Source: a phage. Taken from it: DNA of 64,000 nucleotides. The notes under the pieces were generated by a model. The model was given only the letters and a program-made list of their open reading frames with translations, did no database searches and had not been told where the DNA came from. The stretch's first letter is position 1, and each line of letters begins with the position of its first letter. This document shows, piece after piece, positions 18,006-26,009 of this stretch. Position numbers and translations under genes: made by a program. The DNA is taken from sequence record PV730300.1; one strand, 5' to 3'.

Positions 18006-18938
18006 TTATCCTCCAAAAAAGTTTTCGATTTTTTCACGTCGCTCTTGCTGATTTAAAGCAGCCCATTGAGTCTTCGTAAAATTATTTCGAATCCATTCTA
18101 ACAAAGCGTAATATTCTTCGTCAACCATTTGCTTGGCATTTTTTGGATTATCCCAAATCAGATCCCACTTTTTATCTCCACCACGCATAAGAAACTTCTT
18201 AGTAAGATAGTGTGGTGATTTAATTTTTAAAAGTAAGTTGAACGGATAGTTTGTTTCACGAACTACAAACCCTTCGTGTTTACAATGTTTAGACATTTCA
18301 ACCACATCTGAAAATTTAATCATCGGATAAACTTCAGGACGTTTAAATTTTGTAATAGATGCAATCCCATCAAGCACACCTTCAGGTAACATAAAACTTG
18401 TCCCATCAGGATTTTGAATTCTGGCACCAATTAAGTATGCACCTGGTTCTTCTTCGACAATATGCGGATCAGAAGGATCACAGATTTCAAACAGGAAAGT
18501 TGCTTTTGCACTCTCTGCCCATTTGATGAAATGTTCTATGTCATCGCACTCTGAAACAATATGATTCTTTGCAATACTTGCAAAATCTGATTCAAGGCTT
18601 CCTGTTGTCGATACAATAAGTTGACCTTTATATACACCTACAGAGGCCATAAAACCATTTACTTTACGAACCACATCTACAAGTTCATCCGCTGGTAGAT
18701 CTGTGCCATTCTCAAAACGATTAAAAATCTTAGTGAAAGGCCAAATAACAACATTGTCATCAGCATCAACAACGATTCCGCGACATTCTAGAAGACGAGA
18801 ATCAATGCTCCATAAGTTATCCCAGAAAACTTTGTTCTTATACTTAAGAACAGATAGACCAGAATACTCTCCTTCTTTATATGTTTTCTTATGAACTAAA
18901 CCTTTTTCAACCAAATCGTCGCAATTAAATTTAGTCAC
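18006..18938 (-). CDS. RNA ligase-like covalent nucleotidyltransferase
   Basis: Motif I KVNGF (KxNG), motif IV EGFVVR, motif V LLKIKS in the correct order. Confidence 0.6.
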   Translation of the reverse strand: MTKFNCDDLVEKGLVHKKTYKEGEYSGLSVLKYKNKVFWDNLWSIDSRLLECRGIVVDADDNVVIWPFTKIFNRFENGTDLPADELVDVVRKVNGFMASVGVYKGQLIVSTTGSLESDFASIAKNHIVSECDDIEHFIKWAESAKATFLFEICDPSDPHIVEEEPGAYLIGARIQNPDGTSFMLPEGVLDGIASITKFKRPEVYPMIKFSDVVEMSKHCKHEGFVVRETNYPFNLLLKIKSPHYLTKKFLMRGGDKKWDLIWDNPKNAKQMVDEEYYALLEWIRNNFTKTQWAALNQQERREKIENFFGG

Positions 18939-18939
18939 A

Positions 18940-19491
18940 TTACTCTCCTTTGATTATTTTGTGATGGTCTACAGTCACGATATCTCGTTTACTCATCATA
19001 GAAATTATCTCATCAAAATGCAAGATTTTTCCGTGTGCATCCCAACCCACATCTAACATTTTACCATAAGCTTCATCAGGGAAAGATCCGTGGGAATGCC
19101 CGTGTAGCATGATTGATCCACGACCTTGTTTATTCCAGGAGGCTATAGGGTAATGGCTTAAGACGAAGAACAGCTTCTGATATTTCACTTCGTCATAATA
19201 CACCACTTCTCCATACTCTGCAAGCACTTCTCGGTGTTTGCTGTAGTCATGGTTCCCAACACAGTAGGTGATATCTCCTTGGAGACGGGAAGCAATTTTA
19301 CGGGTATCTTCTTCAGTTCCGAAACAGAAGTCGCCCAAATGCCACATCTTAACACCAGGAGTAGTAGCACATTTGTTCCATGCTTCGATCAAGGCTTCTG
19401 TCATGTGGTCCATATCTTCCCACGGACGATATTCAGGAGCAAACTCTCGAATACGTTTATGCATAAAATGCAAATCGCTTGTAATAAACAT
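18940..19491 (-). CDS. calcineurin-like metallophosphoesterase
   Basis: DLHF, GDFCFG, GNHD, LHGHSHG metallophosphoesterase signature blocks. Confidence 0.7.
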   Translation of the reverse strand: MFITSDLHFMHKRIREFAPEYRPWEDMDHMTEALIEAWNKCATTPGVKMWHLGDFCFGTEEDTRKIASRLQGDITYCVGNHDYSKHREVLAEYGEVVYYDEVKYQKLFFVLSHYPIASWNKQGRGSIMLHGHSHGSFPDEAYGKMLDVGWDAHGKILHFDEIISMMSKRDIVTVDHHKIIKGE

Positions 19492-19847
19492 TAGTATAAT
19501 CCCTCGCTAAATAATTCATGGTCGTGACCATTACGCTCATGGTCGATCTGGTCAGCATTTTCCGCGATGATGTAAGCATCCGCACGACTCCACCAATTGT
19601 AATACTGATCGATAAAGCCTTGATTATCTGGTGTGCACAAAGTTTTGTTGATTACACCTGCTTCTTTCAACACGTTTAACTGTGCATATAGTACAGGATT
19701 TGCATGTCGAACACAAGGAATAATTAATTCTTCACCATTATTCAAAATATACTTATTCGCAGCACAGACGATAACACGTTGCGCATAATGGCCCTCACCA
19801 ATCCAGGTGAGAGGTTGGTAACAAATGTTCTGATCAATACTACTCAT
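19491..19847 (-). CDS. hypothetical protein
   Basis: ORF. Confidence 0.4.
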   Translation of the reverse strand: MSSIDQNICYQPLTWIGEGHYAQRVIVCAANKYILNNGEELIIPCVRHANPVLYAQLNVLKEAGVINKTLCTPDNQGFIDQYYNWWSRADAYIIAENADQIDHERNGHDHELFSEGLY

Positions 19848-19858
19848 TAAATTTCTCC

Positions 19859-20215
19859 TTAATAGTGAACACGAATCATTTTAATACCATAACGCAGCAT
19901 GGATTCTTTTGCAAGCATGAATTTATCCCCAGCGGCGGGATTAGAAGTATGCACGAAAATGGTAGGTGAACCAAAGCAAGGTTTACCAAACGCCAGAAGT
20001 TCTTCCAAACGCAAGAAAACATCATACCCGTCTTGATCAGAATCTTCACCCAAATCGTTGTCAAAATGCCACTCGTCTACAAAACGATAACCCTTCTGCA
20101 CCTCATTCATGTAACGAGAGGCAAGAAGTTCCTGTGAGGTTTTAAACCAGATTGCATCTGGACAACCATAATCTTTTGGATCACGTAAATCATCAAGCCA
20201 AATAATAGTACCCAT
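19859..20215 (-). CDS. hypothetical protein
   Basis: ORF. Confidence 0.4.
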   Translation of the reverse strand: MGTIIWLDDLRDPKDYGCPDAIWFKTSQELLASRYMNEVQKGYRFVDEWHFDNDLGEDSDQDGYDVFLRLEELLAFGKPCFGSPTIFVHTSNPAAGDKFMLAKESMLRYGIKMIRVHY

Positions 20216-20225
20216 ATAACCTCCT

Positions 20226-20696
20226 CTAAGCTGGCATTATTAAAAAAGAACTCTCCACTTCAAAATGCCAATCATCCACAAGCCCTGATTCCCAATCCTT
20301 CTCTTCATGGAAAGAGCAAATCCAACGGTACATACCTGGCGGTGTATTCTCAACATCTTCTGGCAACCCGTAATCCAAAGCTGTCAAACCGTTCTCTGTA
20401 AAACTAGGATGGAGATTAGGAGCTTTCAATACAGAAACCATGCCTCCAACATCTACAGCCACAATCCACTCTGTCATGTATGGGCTGTCATATTGAGGCT
20501 CATCAGAACCTACCTCAACAGCCTCTGTGCGTAAGATGATAATAGCCTGCTCTGTGATTGGGGCTTTGACAATATACCCGTGGTCCTCAAAAAGATCGAT
20601 AACCTCGAACTCATCACCGTTTTCGATACCATAGCTCTTATTCAAAGAGATAAACTTCGGGTTATCATCGTAAGCTTTAGTTACTTTAATTTTCAT
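20226..20696 (-). CDS. acidic hypothetical protein
   Basis: ORF. Confidence 0.4.
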   Translation of the reverse strand: MKIKVTKAYDDNPKFISLNKSYGIENGDEFEVIDLFEDHGYIVKAPITEQAIIILRTEAVEVGSDEPQYDSPYMTEWIVAVDVGGMVSVLKAPNLHPSFTENGLTALDYGLPEDVENTPPGMYRWICSFHEEKDWESGLVDDWHFEVESSFLIMPA

Positions 20697-20917
20697 TTTT
20701 CCTCCTTCACTTTAACCTCAAATTCTACAGGCTTGCCCTCAATGTAAAAACACTGATACTCTGACTTATCATCCTCATCACGAGGCCAAGTTACCAAGGA
20801 GTTATAGCAATCTTCTGGTGCTTTGAAGATGTTTTTAGTCTCCACAGTAACATTCCCATTAAGTGTTGCCAATACCACCCAACCAGCTACAGGGATCATA
20901 GTGTCTCCACTTTCCAC
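20693..20917 (-). CDS. hypothetical protein
   Basis: ORF. Confidence 0.4.
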   Translation of the reverse strand: MESGDTMIPVAGWVVLATLNGNVTVETKNIFKAPEDCYNSLVTWPRDEDDKSEYQCFYIEGKPVEFEVKVKEEK

Positions 20918-21078
20918 GTTTTACCATTATCAACCAAGGTCTTTGCTACAGCATACTCCTTCCCATTAATAATGAAATAATAAACTATAAAAGATTTTCC
21001 GATTGTTACTGTCTTAGTAACCTCTACGCGTTTAACACCTTGCATGTATTTCGCCTTACCGGAATAGAGTAAAATCAT
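20896..21078 (-). CDS. hypothetical protein
   Basis: ORF. Confidence 0.35.
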   Translation of the reverse strand: MILLYSGKAKYMQGVKRVEVTKTVTIGKSFIVYYFIINGKEYAVAKTLVDNGKTWKVETL

Positions 21079-21356
21079 TTTGCATTCCTCTTGTTGTTGA
21101 TAACATCCATAGTAGTATATGGTTTATTAGTGCCATGATACTCTAGAATCATTGGAGAGCCTTCTTGCACTACTTCAAAAATACCATAAACAGAACTTTC
21201 AGCAAATACCATTTGCTTCGTGCCTTCATCGTTTACAACGAGAGAAAACTTCTTGCCTGTCCCGTTGAGGATCTCGTATTTCTTGCCAGCAGTGAATAAT
21301 CCAGAGTACCACTCGTTATCTGTTGCTTTTACACACTTCAGGAAAGTCTTGATCAT
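21075..21356 (-). CDS. hypothetical protein
   Basis: ORF. Confidence 0.4.
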   Translation of the reverse strand: MIKTFLKCVKATDNEWYSGLFTAGKKYEILNGTGKKFSLVVNDEGTKQMVFAESSVYGIFEVVQEGSPMILEYHGTNKPYTTMDVINNKRNAK

Positions 21357-21706
21357 TTCTTTTTGCTCCTCTTTTTAGATTTCTCATACAAACCTAACAC
21401 AGCCGCTTCTTTTGCACAAGTAGGAACTGAAGTCATTCCTCTTCTTTTTGCTTCTGGTAGTTGCAAAGTCCATATTCCCCACCAATAAATTTGGTCTGCC
21501 GTGAGTGGTTCAGCCATTGGATCTGCCTCCTGCTCCTCAAGACGTTGCAACGCTTCTTCAATCTTCTCGATTGGTGTGTCAAAGACGAATGCCTCCGTAT
21601 CAAATTTATCTTTCTTAGGAACTGATTTGGCTACTTTGAGAACCTCGTTTTTCGGTTTCTTAGTAACGTTCTTTGGCTTTGATAACTTCTTCGGTGTTTT
21701 CGCCAC
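21353..21706 (-). CDS. lysine-rich hypothetical protein
   Basis: ORF with basic N- and C-termini. Confidence 0.4.
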   Translation of the reverse strand: MAKTPKKLSKPKNVTKKPKNEVLKVAKSVPKKDKFDTEAFVFDTPIEKIEEALQRLEEQEADPMAEPLTADQIYWWGIWTLQLPEAKRRGMTSVPTCAKEAAVLGLYEKSKKRSKKK

Positions 21707-21899
21707 TTACTACCTCCATACGATCTAAAAAGTCATTCACAAATCTCCAGTAACGTTGACCTGTTCTAAGATCTTCATAGATAACCACAGGATCAAACAC
21801 TTTAGATATTCCGGCAGGTTTTGGAAATTCCACTACTGTATATAAACCACCTTTTGCTACACAAGAATAGGTTACGCCTGTAATTGGATAGTTGCTCAT
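21660..21899 (-). CDS. hypothetical protein
   Basis: ORF. Confidence 0.35.
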   Translation of the reverse strand: MSNYPITGVTYSCVAKGGLYTVVEFPKPAGISKVFDPVVIYEDLRTGQRYWRFVNDFLDRMEVVSGENTEEVIKAKERY

Positions 21900-22090
21900 T
21901 TCTTTACGTACTCCATGATTGGGGTATGGTCGCCAGTAAGCGTAACACGGCTGTAGGACACATCTTGTGTCTTCAGTGTATCAATCCACTCTAAGAAGTG
22001 TTCTTTCGCTTCTGTGTAGTTCTGTGTGCCTTTAACAACGTGTATACCATCTAGAGTTACACGGAATACCATTTGAATAACGTCTTTCAT
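21896..22090 (-). CDS. hypothetical protein
   Basis: ORF. Confidence 0.35.
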   Translation of the reverse strand: MKDVIQMVFRVTLDGIHVVKGTQNYTEAKEHFLEWIDTLKTQDVSYSRVTLTGDHTPIMEYVKK

Positions 22091-22186
22091 TTCTTACCTC
22101 CTTTGTTGTCAAAATAACTTACCAGAACATCGTGAACCACACACATGGCAAAAATCAGAACAATTGTTGTCAGGACTGGATTCTCA

Positions 22187-22510
22187 CTAATTAGTGCTAT
22201 CATCTTTAACCACCTCCAATTGCCTTTCGAGTTTGACTTTGTTTGAGAACTGATAATGACACAACTTACATTGCATGTCAACAATCTGATCGTGATTTAA
22301 CCCTACAATTTTAACTTCCTTTGCACCATCCCACTCCAAATACTCAAAGCCATCCAAATGATTACTCTTGTCCAACAGGAATGCTATCTGCTGCCATTCA
22401 ATCTGAATGTCATTTAAATGATATGCTGCACAGAAGATATCCTCATAGTAAAAGACGATCATTGTCATTGCTTCGTCCAGCACAACTACCTCTTGTCTTG
22501 TAAATCTCAT
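22187..22510 (-). CDS. hypothetical protein (first gene of the leftward arm)
   Basis: ORF. Confidence 0.4.
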   Translation of the reverse strand: MRFTRQEVVVLDEAMTMIVFYYEDIFCAAYHLNDIQIEWQQIAFLLDKSNHLDGFEYLEWDGAKEVKIVGLNHDQIVDMQCKLCHYQFSNKVKLERQLEVVKDDSTN

Positions 22511-22621
22511 TCTAGCCTCCTAAACGCGTCTCTGACGCACTTTTTATATATAAGATGATAAATCACCTTACCTAGTAAGTGAACTTGCTCTACGAGCCTC
22601 TTATGAAGCTTATGTTATAGG

Positions 22622-22649
22622 TTATACTATTGCTACCTGTTTAAGCAAG
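22622..22649 (-). promoter_or_regulatory. sigma70-like promoter on minus strand (TTGCTT-N16-TATAAC)
   Basis: rc of 22644-22649 and 22622-22627; sits in the divergent control region. Confidence 0.4.
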
Positions 22650-22991
22650 GTTTTTGCACACAGAAAATAATTTTTAATAAAACTCTTGACTTTTGTGTTC
22701 GAAGTATGCTACCCTAGAAATCTATTAACGAGCGCAGCGAGTTAAGGTTTTAGGTTGTTGATGTAGTACTCTGTACTCAAGTACTGTACTCCGTACTAGA
22801 TTAATAATTATTAAATATTAATAATAAATAATTATTAGATCTAACAAACAGGTACAGTGTATCAGAACTGGTACGTACAGATCAACTTCTATCAATTAAA
22901 AATAAAATAATAAATTATTATAAATAATACTTGATCTATAGATCAGTATGAAGTACAGTACGGAACATCTTAACAAGAATGGAGGTGTGCA

Positions 22992-23177
22992 ATGATTAGT
23001 GAGAATCCGTGCAAATGGCATCATGTGCCTATTAAAGATTGTATGTCTTGTAATCCACGTTCTATTTATAACATTGCATCTTATGATGATGACAATGTGT
23101 TAGACGATGATGAAGGCTGGGAGGATTTGGATTGGACTGGTTATGAAACCAAAAAGGATAAAATTATTCCTAGTTGA
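22992..23177 (+). CDS. hypothetical protein
   Basis: ORF; GGAGG ribosome-binding site. Confidence 0.4.
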   Translation: MISENPCKWHHVPIKDCMSCNPRSIYNIASYDDDNVLDDDEGWEDLDWTGYETKKDKIIPS

Positions 23178-23214
23178 CTTAAGATATCCTTCGTGCTAAA
23201 CTAGAAGTGAGGAG

Positions 23215-23466
23215 ATGCCGATCACTCCCCATTTGGGGTTCGAAGGATATATGCAAAATAGCTTTTATTTTAGGTGCCGTGCTTGTAATAGGCATTTGAC
23301 AAACCACTCCAGACGTGATAAAAATGGAGTCATCAAGGAATCAGACCTCTGTTCTATTTGCACAGGTTTGGCTTTTGATGATAGTCCCGAAAGGGTTTAT
23401 CAGCATCAATGTATAACAGACGTTCTCGTGTCAAACTTGGTAGAGGACGAACAACTAACAGATTAG
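23215..23466 (+). CDS. small Cys-rich protein
   Basis: CRACN...CSICTG Cys pairs. Confidence 0.35.
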   Translation: MPITPHLGFEGYMQNSFYFRCRACNRHLTNHSRRDKNGVIKESDLCSICTGLAFDDSPERVYQHQCITDVLVSNLVEDEQLTD

Positions 23467-23475
23467 GAGGAACAA

Positions 23476-23723
23476 TGTCTCTATTAGAAAAACACGTGTT
23501 TGAAGATGGTAACGGCAATGCAGTTTTTCTTTTCCATCCAGAAAAATACACATCTGAAAACAATGGTACAACTTCTATTGTAATCACTAAAGATGTTAAA
23601 GTTATTGATTTCTTGGCTCTGATGCGAGAGATGGATCTTGAAATTAATACTTTTAACGCAGAAGCTTTGGTTGTTGCTCTTCTGGAAAAGAAAGATAGTG
23701 AAGAAGTAGCAGAATATGCTTAA
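23476..23723 (+). CDS. acidic hypothetical protein
   Basis: Start placed at MSLLEKHV with AGGAGG upstream. Confidence 0.4.
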
Positions 23724-23730
23724 ATAACTA

Positions 23731-23760
23731 TTGACAAACGTATCCTTCATATGTTAGGAT
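23731..23760 (+). promoter_or_regulatory. sigma70-like promoter at the head of the tRNA/RNA cluster
   Basis: CTATTGACA motif at 23731-23736, then about 17 nt and a TGTTAGGAT-type -10. Confidence 0.45.
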
Positions 23761-23762
23761 AC

Positions 23763-23952
23763 GTTCATCAAGTGTGGTAACAGGGTCGTTGACTTTTGTT
23801 AAGAGGGGCTTGCACTGCGGTAGTGTTAGAGACTACTTCTTCAGAGGTTAGCTACCAAAGAGGAAAAGGAATAGTCTCGGCTCAAGAACTTTTACGCTGA
23901 AAGTTGGGCTTGGTCTTAGAGAATGTAGCGGTTCTCTACAATCGTCAGCGTC
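23763..23952 (+). ncRNA. candidate structured small RNA 1
   Basis: Perfect 10-bp terminal helix GTGGTAACAG (23763-23772) / CTGTTACCAC (23943-23952) enclosing nested helices; no coding potential; no tRNA T-loop. Confidence 0.35.
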
Positions 23953-23969
23953 TCTGTTACCACATTTAT

Positions 23970-24044
23970 GGCCCTGTAGCTCAATGGGAGAGCTGTCGGC
24001 TCATAACCGATAGGTAGCTGGATCGAAACCAGCCAGGGCCACCA
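23970..24044 (+). tRNA. tRNA-Met (anticodon CAT)
   Basis: Manual cloverleaf: acceptor GGCCCTG/CAGGGCC, anticodon loop CTCATAA, CCA encoded. Confidence 0.7.
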
Positions 24045-24046
24045 AC

Positions 24047-24121
24047 GTCTTTATGGTGTAATGGATAGCACAGGAGTCTTCTAAACTCTTAGTCAAGGTT
24101 CGATTCCTTGTAAAGACACCA
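24047..24121 (+). tRNA. tRNA-Arg (anticodon TCT)
   Basis: Acceptor GTCTTTA/TAAAGAC, anticodon loop CTTCTAA, T arm CAAGG-TTCGATT-CCTTG. Confidence 0.65.
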
Positions 24122-24122
24122 G

Positions 24123-24306
24123 AACATTTTAACATGAATTAGCTCAAGTGATTTGAACCCACTACTGATCATGGTGGCAGAGAATGAGGCAAGTATGTCA
24201 GACATTATAAACAAAGGCCACGGTTATATTAGAAGACATAAATGCTCGAAGAGCACCGTTCGTTGAGAACGGGGGTTGGTGGAGTCACCATTCATGGTAA
24301 AATGTT
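24123..24306 (+). ncRNA. candidate structured small RNA 2
   Basis: 16-nt terminal helix AACATTTTAACATGAA (24123-24138) / TTCATGGTAAAATGTT (24291-24306), 15 of 16 paired, enclosing several hairpins. Confidence 0.35.
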
Positions 24307-24317
24307 TTAAAAAACTA

Positions 24318-24347
24318 TTGACAACTAACATTATTTTATGTTAGATT
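24318..24347 (+). promoter_or_regulatory. sigma70-like promoter (internal to the tRNA cluster)
   Basis: AAACTATTGACA at 24318-24323, 17 nt, TGTTAGATT-type -10. Confidence 0.45.
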
Positions 24348-24355
24348 ATAAGTAT

Positions 24356-24446
24356 GGAAGGGCAAATCGACGTGGCGACGAAAACGGTCTTGAAAACCGC
24401 CGAGCTTGAAAGAGCCTTGGGAGTTCGACTCTCCCTCCTTCCGCCA
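24356..24446 (+). tRNA. tRNA-Ser (anticodon TGA), class II
   Basis: Acceptor GGAAGGG/TCCTTCC, anticodon loop CTTGAAA, long variable arm, CCA encoded. Confidence 0.7.
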
Positions 24447-24451
24447 GATTA

Positions 24452-24537
24452 GGTAGATTGGTGAAATGGTAGCCACGACAGTTTGCTAAACTGTAGTCGG
24501 AAACGGCGTGTAGGTTCGAGTCCTACATCTACCGCCA
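24452..24537 (+). tRNA. tRNA-Ser (anticodon GCT), class II
   Basis: Acceptor GGTAGAT/ATCTACC, anticodon loop TTGCTAA, long variable arm. Confidence 0.7.
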
Positions 24538-24667
24538 AGTTCTTTTTAATATAGCTTACTTTAATAGAGTAAACTTTCGGCAGATGGCCCCCACCATCTT
24601 ACCGATAACTCATAGTTAGTGGTGTGAACACTGGCTATTTTAAAAAGAATTTAAATATTAGTATTTA

Positions 24668-24755
24668 GGTGAGTTAATTCCGTAGGGGTAGCGGGGCAGA
24701 CTGTAAATCTGTTATCATTGCGATTCGGGTGGTTCGACTCCATCACTCACCACCA
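24668..24755 (+). tRNA. tRNA-Tyr (anticodon GTA), class II
   Basis: Acceptor GGTGAGT/ACTCACC, anticodon loop CTGTAAA. Confidence 0.7.
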
Positions 24756-24761
24756 AATTAA

Positions 24762-24847
24762 GATGAGTTGGCTGAATGGTTTAAGCGGCGGACTGTTAAT
24801 CCGTGTTCGAAAGAACGATATAGGTTCAAATCCTATACTCATCGCCA
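24762..24847 (+). tRNA. class II tRNA, isotype uncertain (anticodon loop reads CTGTTAA, i.e. GTT)
   Basis: Acceptor GATGAGT/ACTCATC, T arm ATAGG-TTCAAAT-CCTAT, about 15-nt variable arm; anticodon assignment ambiguous by hand. Confidence 0.45.
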
Positions 24848-24937
24848 GAATTATGGACTTGTAGAGTTAAGGTAAACCCCCAGTCGCCAAGAGGCTTCTG
24901 AAATTGCAGGTATCGAATCCTGCCGAGTCCCAGCTTT

Positions 24938-25012
24938 GCTCCTATAGTATAATGGCTATTACAACGGTTTTGTAATCCGTGGATCTCTGTTCGATTCAGA
25001 GTGGGAGCACCA
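24938..25012 (+). tRNA. tRNA-Thr (anticodon TGT)
   Basis: Acceptor GCTCCTA/TGGGAGC, anticodon loop TTTGTAA, T arm CTCTG-TTCGATT-CAGAG. Confidence 0.6.
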
Positions 25013-25287
25013 ACACAACATTAAGAGCACTGTGATTGATCGTCGTATCCTGTGCACAAGGTCTGTTCGAAAGACAGTGTTCTTAGTATTGTGTTGATCA
25101 CACAAAAAGAGTTACCTGAAACTTGACCGGAGTAGGGTTGGATGGGGCAAAAGAAGAAGCGGCTCTCCCATCGACAGCAACGAAGAATAATATTTGACTT
25201 TGGTTTTGTATTATTTTAAGTTAGCTTACCGAACGTAGGGCTAGTCACCCAATGGGATACTCGTCACTGTCCCACTCAATAAAACTA

Positions 25288-25317
25288 TTGACAACCAATA
25301 GTAAAATGTAGTATAGT
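25288..25317 (+). promoter_or_regulatory. sigma70-like promoter (internal to the tRNA cluster)
   Basis: AAACTATTGACA at 25288-25293, about 18 nt, TATAGT. Confidence 0.45.
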
Positions 25318-25328
25318 AAAGATGTAGG

Positions 25329-25403
25329 GCGTTCTTGGTGTAGCGGTAGCATTCCGTCCTTCCAAGTCGGCGGCACGAGTTCGATCCTCGTAGAACGCTC
25401 CAA
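25329..25403 (+). tRNA. tRNA-Gly (anticodon TCC)
   Basis: Acceptor GCGTTCT/AGAACGC, anticodon loop CTTCCAA, T arm ACGAG-TTCGATC-CTCGT. Confidence 0.7.
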
Positions 25404-25500
25404 ATTATTTAATAAAGGGTTGCCAGAAAACTTTCTCTTTTACTCATGGTTTTCTCCTTCTCTCACACCTCTTCTGGTTGCCCTTCATTAAATGATTTAT

Positions 25501-25576
25501 TGGTTTGTAGTGTAGTCCGGTAGCACACGACACTTTGACTGTCGTAGGTTTGGTTCAAATCCAGACAGACCAGCCA
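25501..25576 (+). tRNA. tRNA-Gln (anticodon TTG)
   Basis: Anticodon stem CGACA/TGTCG, loop CTTTGAC, T loop TTCAAAT. Confidence 0.7.
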
Positions 25577-25581
25577 TATAA

Positions 25582-25658
25582 CGGAATTTAGCTCAGTTTG
25601 GTAGAGCATACGCTTTGGGAGCGTAGGGTCGCAGGTTCGAATCCTGCAATTCCGACCA
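25582..25658 (+). tRNA. tRNA-Pro (anticodon TGG)
   Basis: Acceptor CGGAATT/AATTCCG, D stem GCTC/GAGC, anticodon loop TTTGGGA, T arm CGCAGG-TTCGAAT-CCTGC. Confidence 0.8.
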
Positions 25659-25664
25659 ATTTAA

Positions 25665-25738
25665 TGTTTCGTAGTTCAATGGTAGAACCCACGACTGATA
25701 ATCGTGAGACACAAGTTCGATTCTTGTCGAAACAACCA
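25665..25738 (+). tRNA. tRNA-Ile (anticodon GAT)
   Basis: Acceptor TGTTTCG/CGAAACA, anticodon stem CACGA/TCGTG, loop CTGATAA. Confidence 0.75.
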
Positions 25739-25740
25739 GT

Positions 25741-25810
25741 TTCCCGTTAGACTTACAGGATAAGAGTTCCACAGCTTATTGTGATGCTGGTTCGAATCCA
25801 GCACGGGATA
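25741..25810 (+). tRNA. putative tRNA, anticodon not assignable by hand
   Basis: Canonical T arm GCTGG-TTCGAAT-CCAGC and pairing acceptor ends, but no clean anticodon arm could be folded. Confidence 0.3.
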
Positions 25811-25816
25811 CCTAAT

Positions 25817-25895
25817 AGCGGGATAGAGGAGTCTGGTCGTCCTCGCCAGTTTCATATGCTGGAGATCATCGGTTCGAATCCGATTCCCGCCTCCA
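25817..25895 (+). tRNA. tRNA-Met (anticodon CAT), possibly initiator-like or Ile2-type
   Basis: Anticodon loop TTCATAT, T arm ATCGG-TTCGAAT-CCGAT, A1-C72 mismatch at the top of the acceptor stem. Confidence 0.6.
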
Positions 25896-26009
25896 AATAT
25901 CGCTTGCCAGCGGTATCTTTGAAGACCTTGCCTGGTTCCTTCTAAGATGGAGGGGTGCGACTCCTTAACGCACAATTATAATAAAGCATTTCAACTTAAC
26001 AGTATTTAT

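Noticed and set aside
22686-22713. Plus-strand TTGACT promoter candidate in the divergent region
   Set aside because: No convincing -10 hexamer at 16-18-nt spacing (best candidates TATGCT/TGCTAC are off-spacing); left unannotated.
24855-24935. Possible additional tRNA between the ambiguous class II tRNA and tRNA-Thr
   Set aside because: Ends can pair as an acceptor stem, but the T loop would be 8 nt and no D or anticodon arm folds cleanly; left as unassigned tRNA-like spacer.
25676-25975. Minus-strand ORF of 99 aa across the tRNA cluster
   Set aside because: Overlaps four well-folded tRNA genes on the opposite strand; not coding.
25896-26000. Possible degenerate tRNA after the last tRNA-Met
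   Set aside because: No acceptable acceptor/T-arm combination found by hand; more likely a 3' trailer preceding the terminator.
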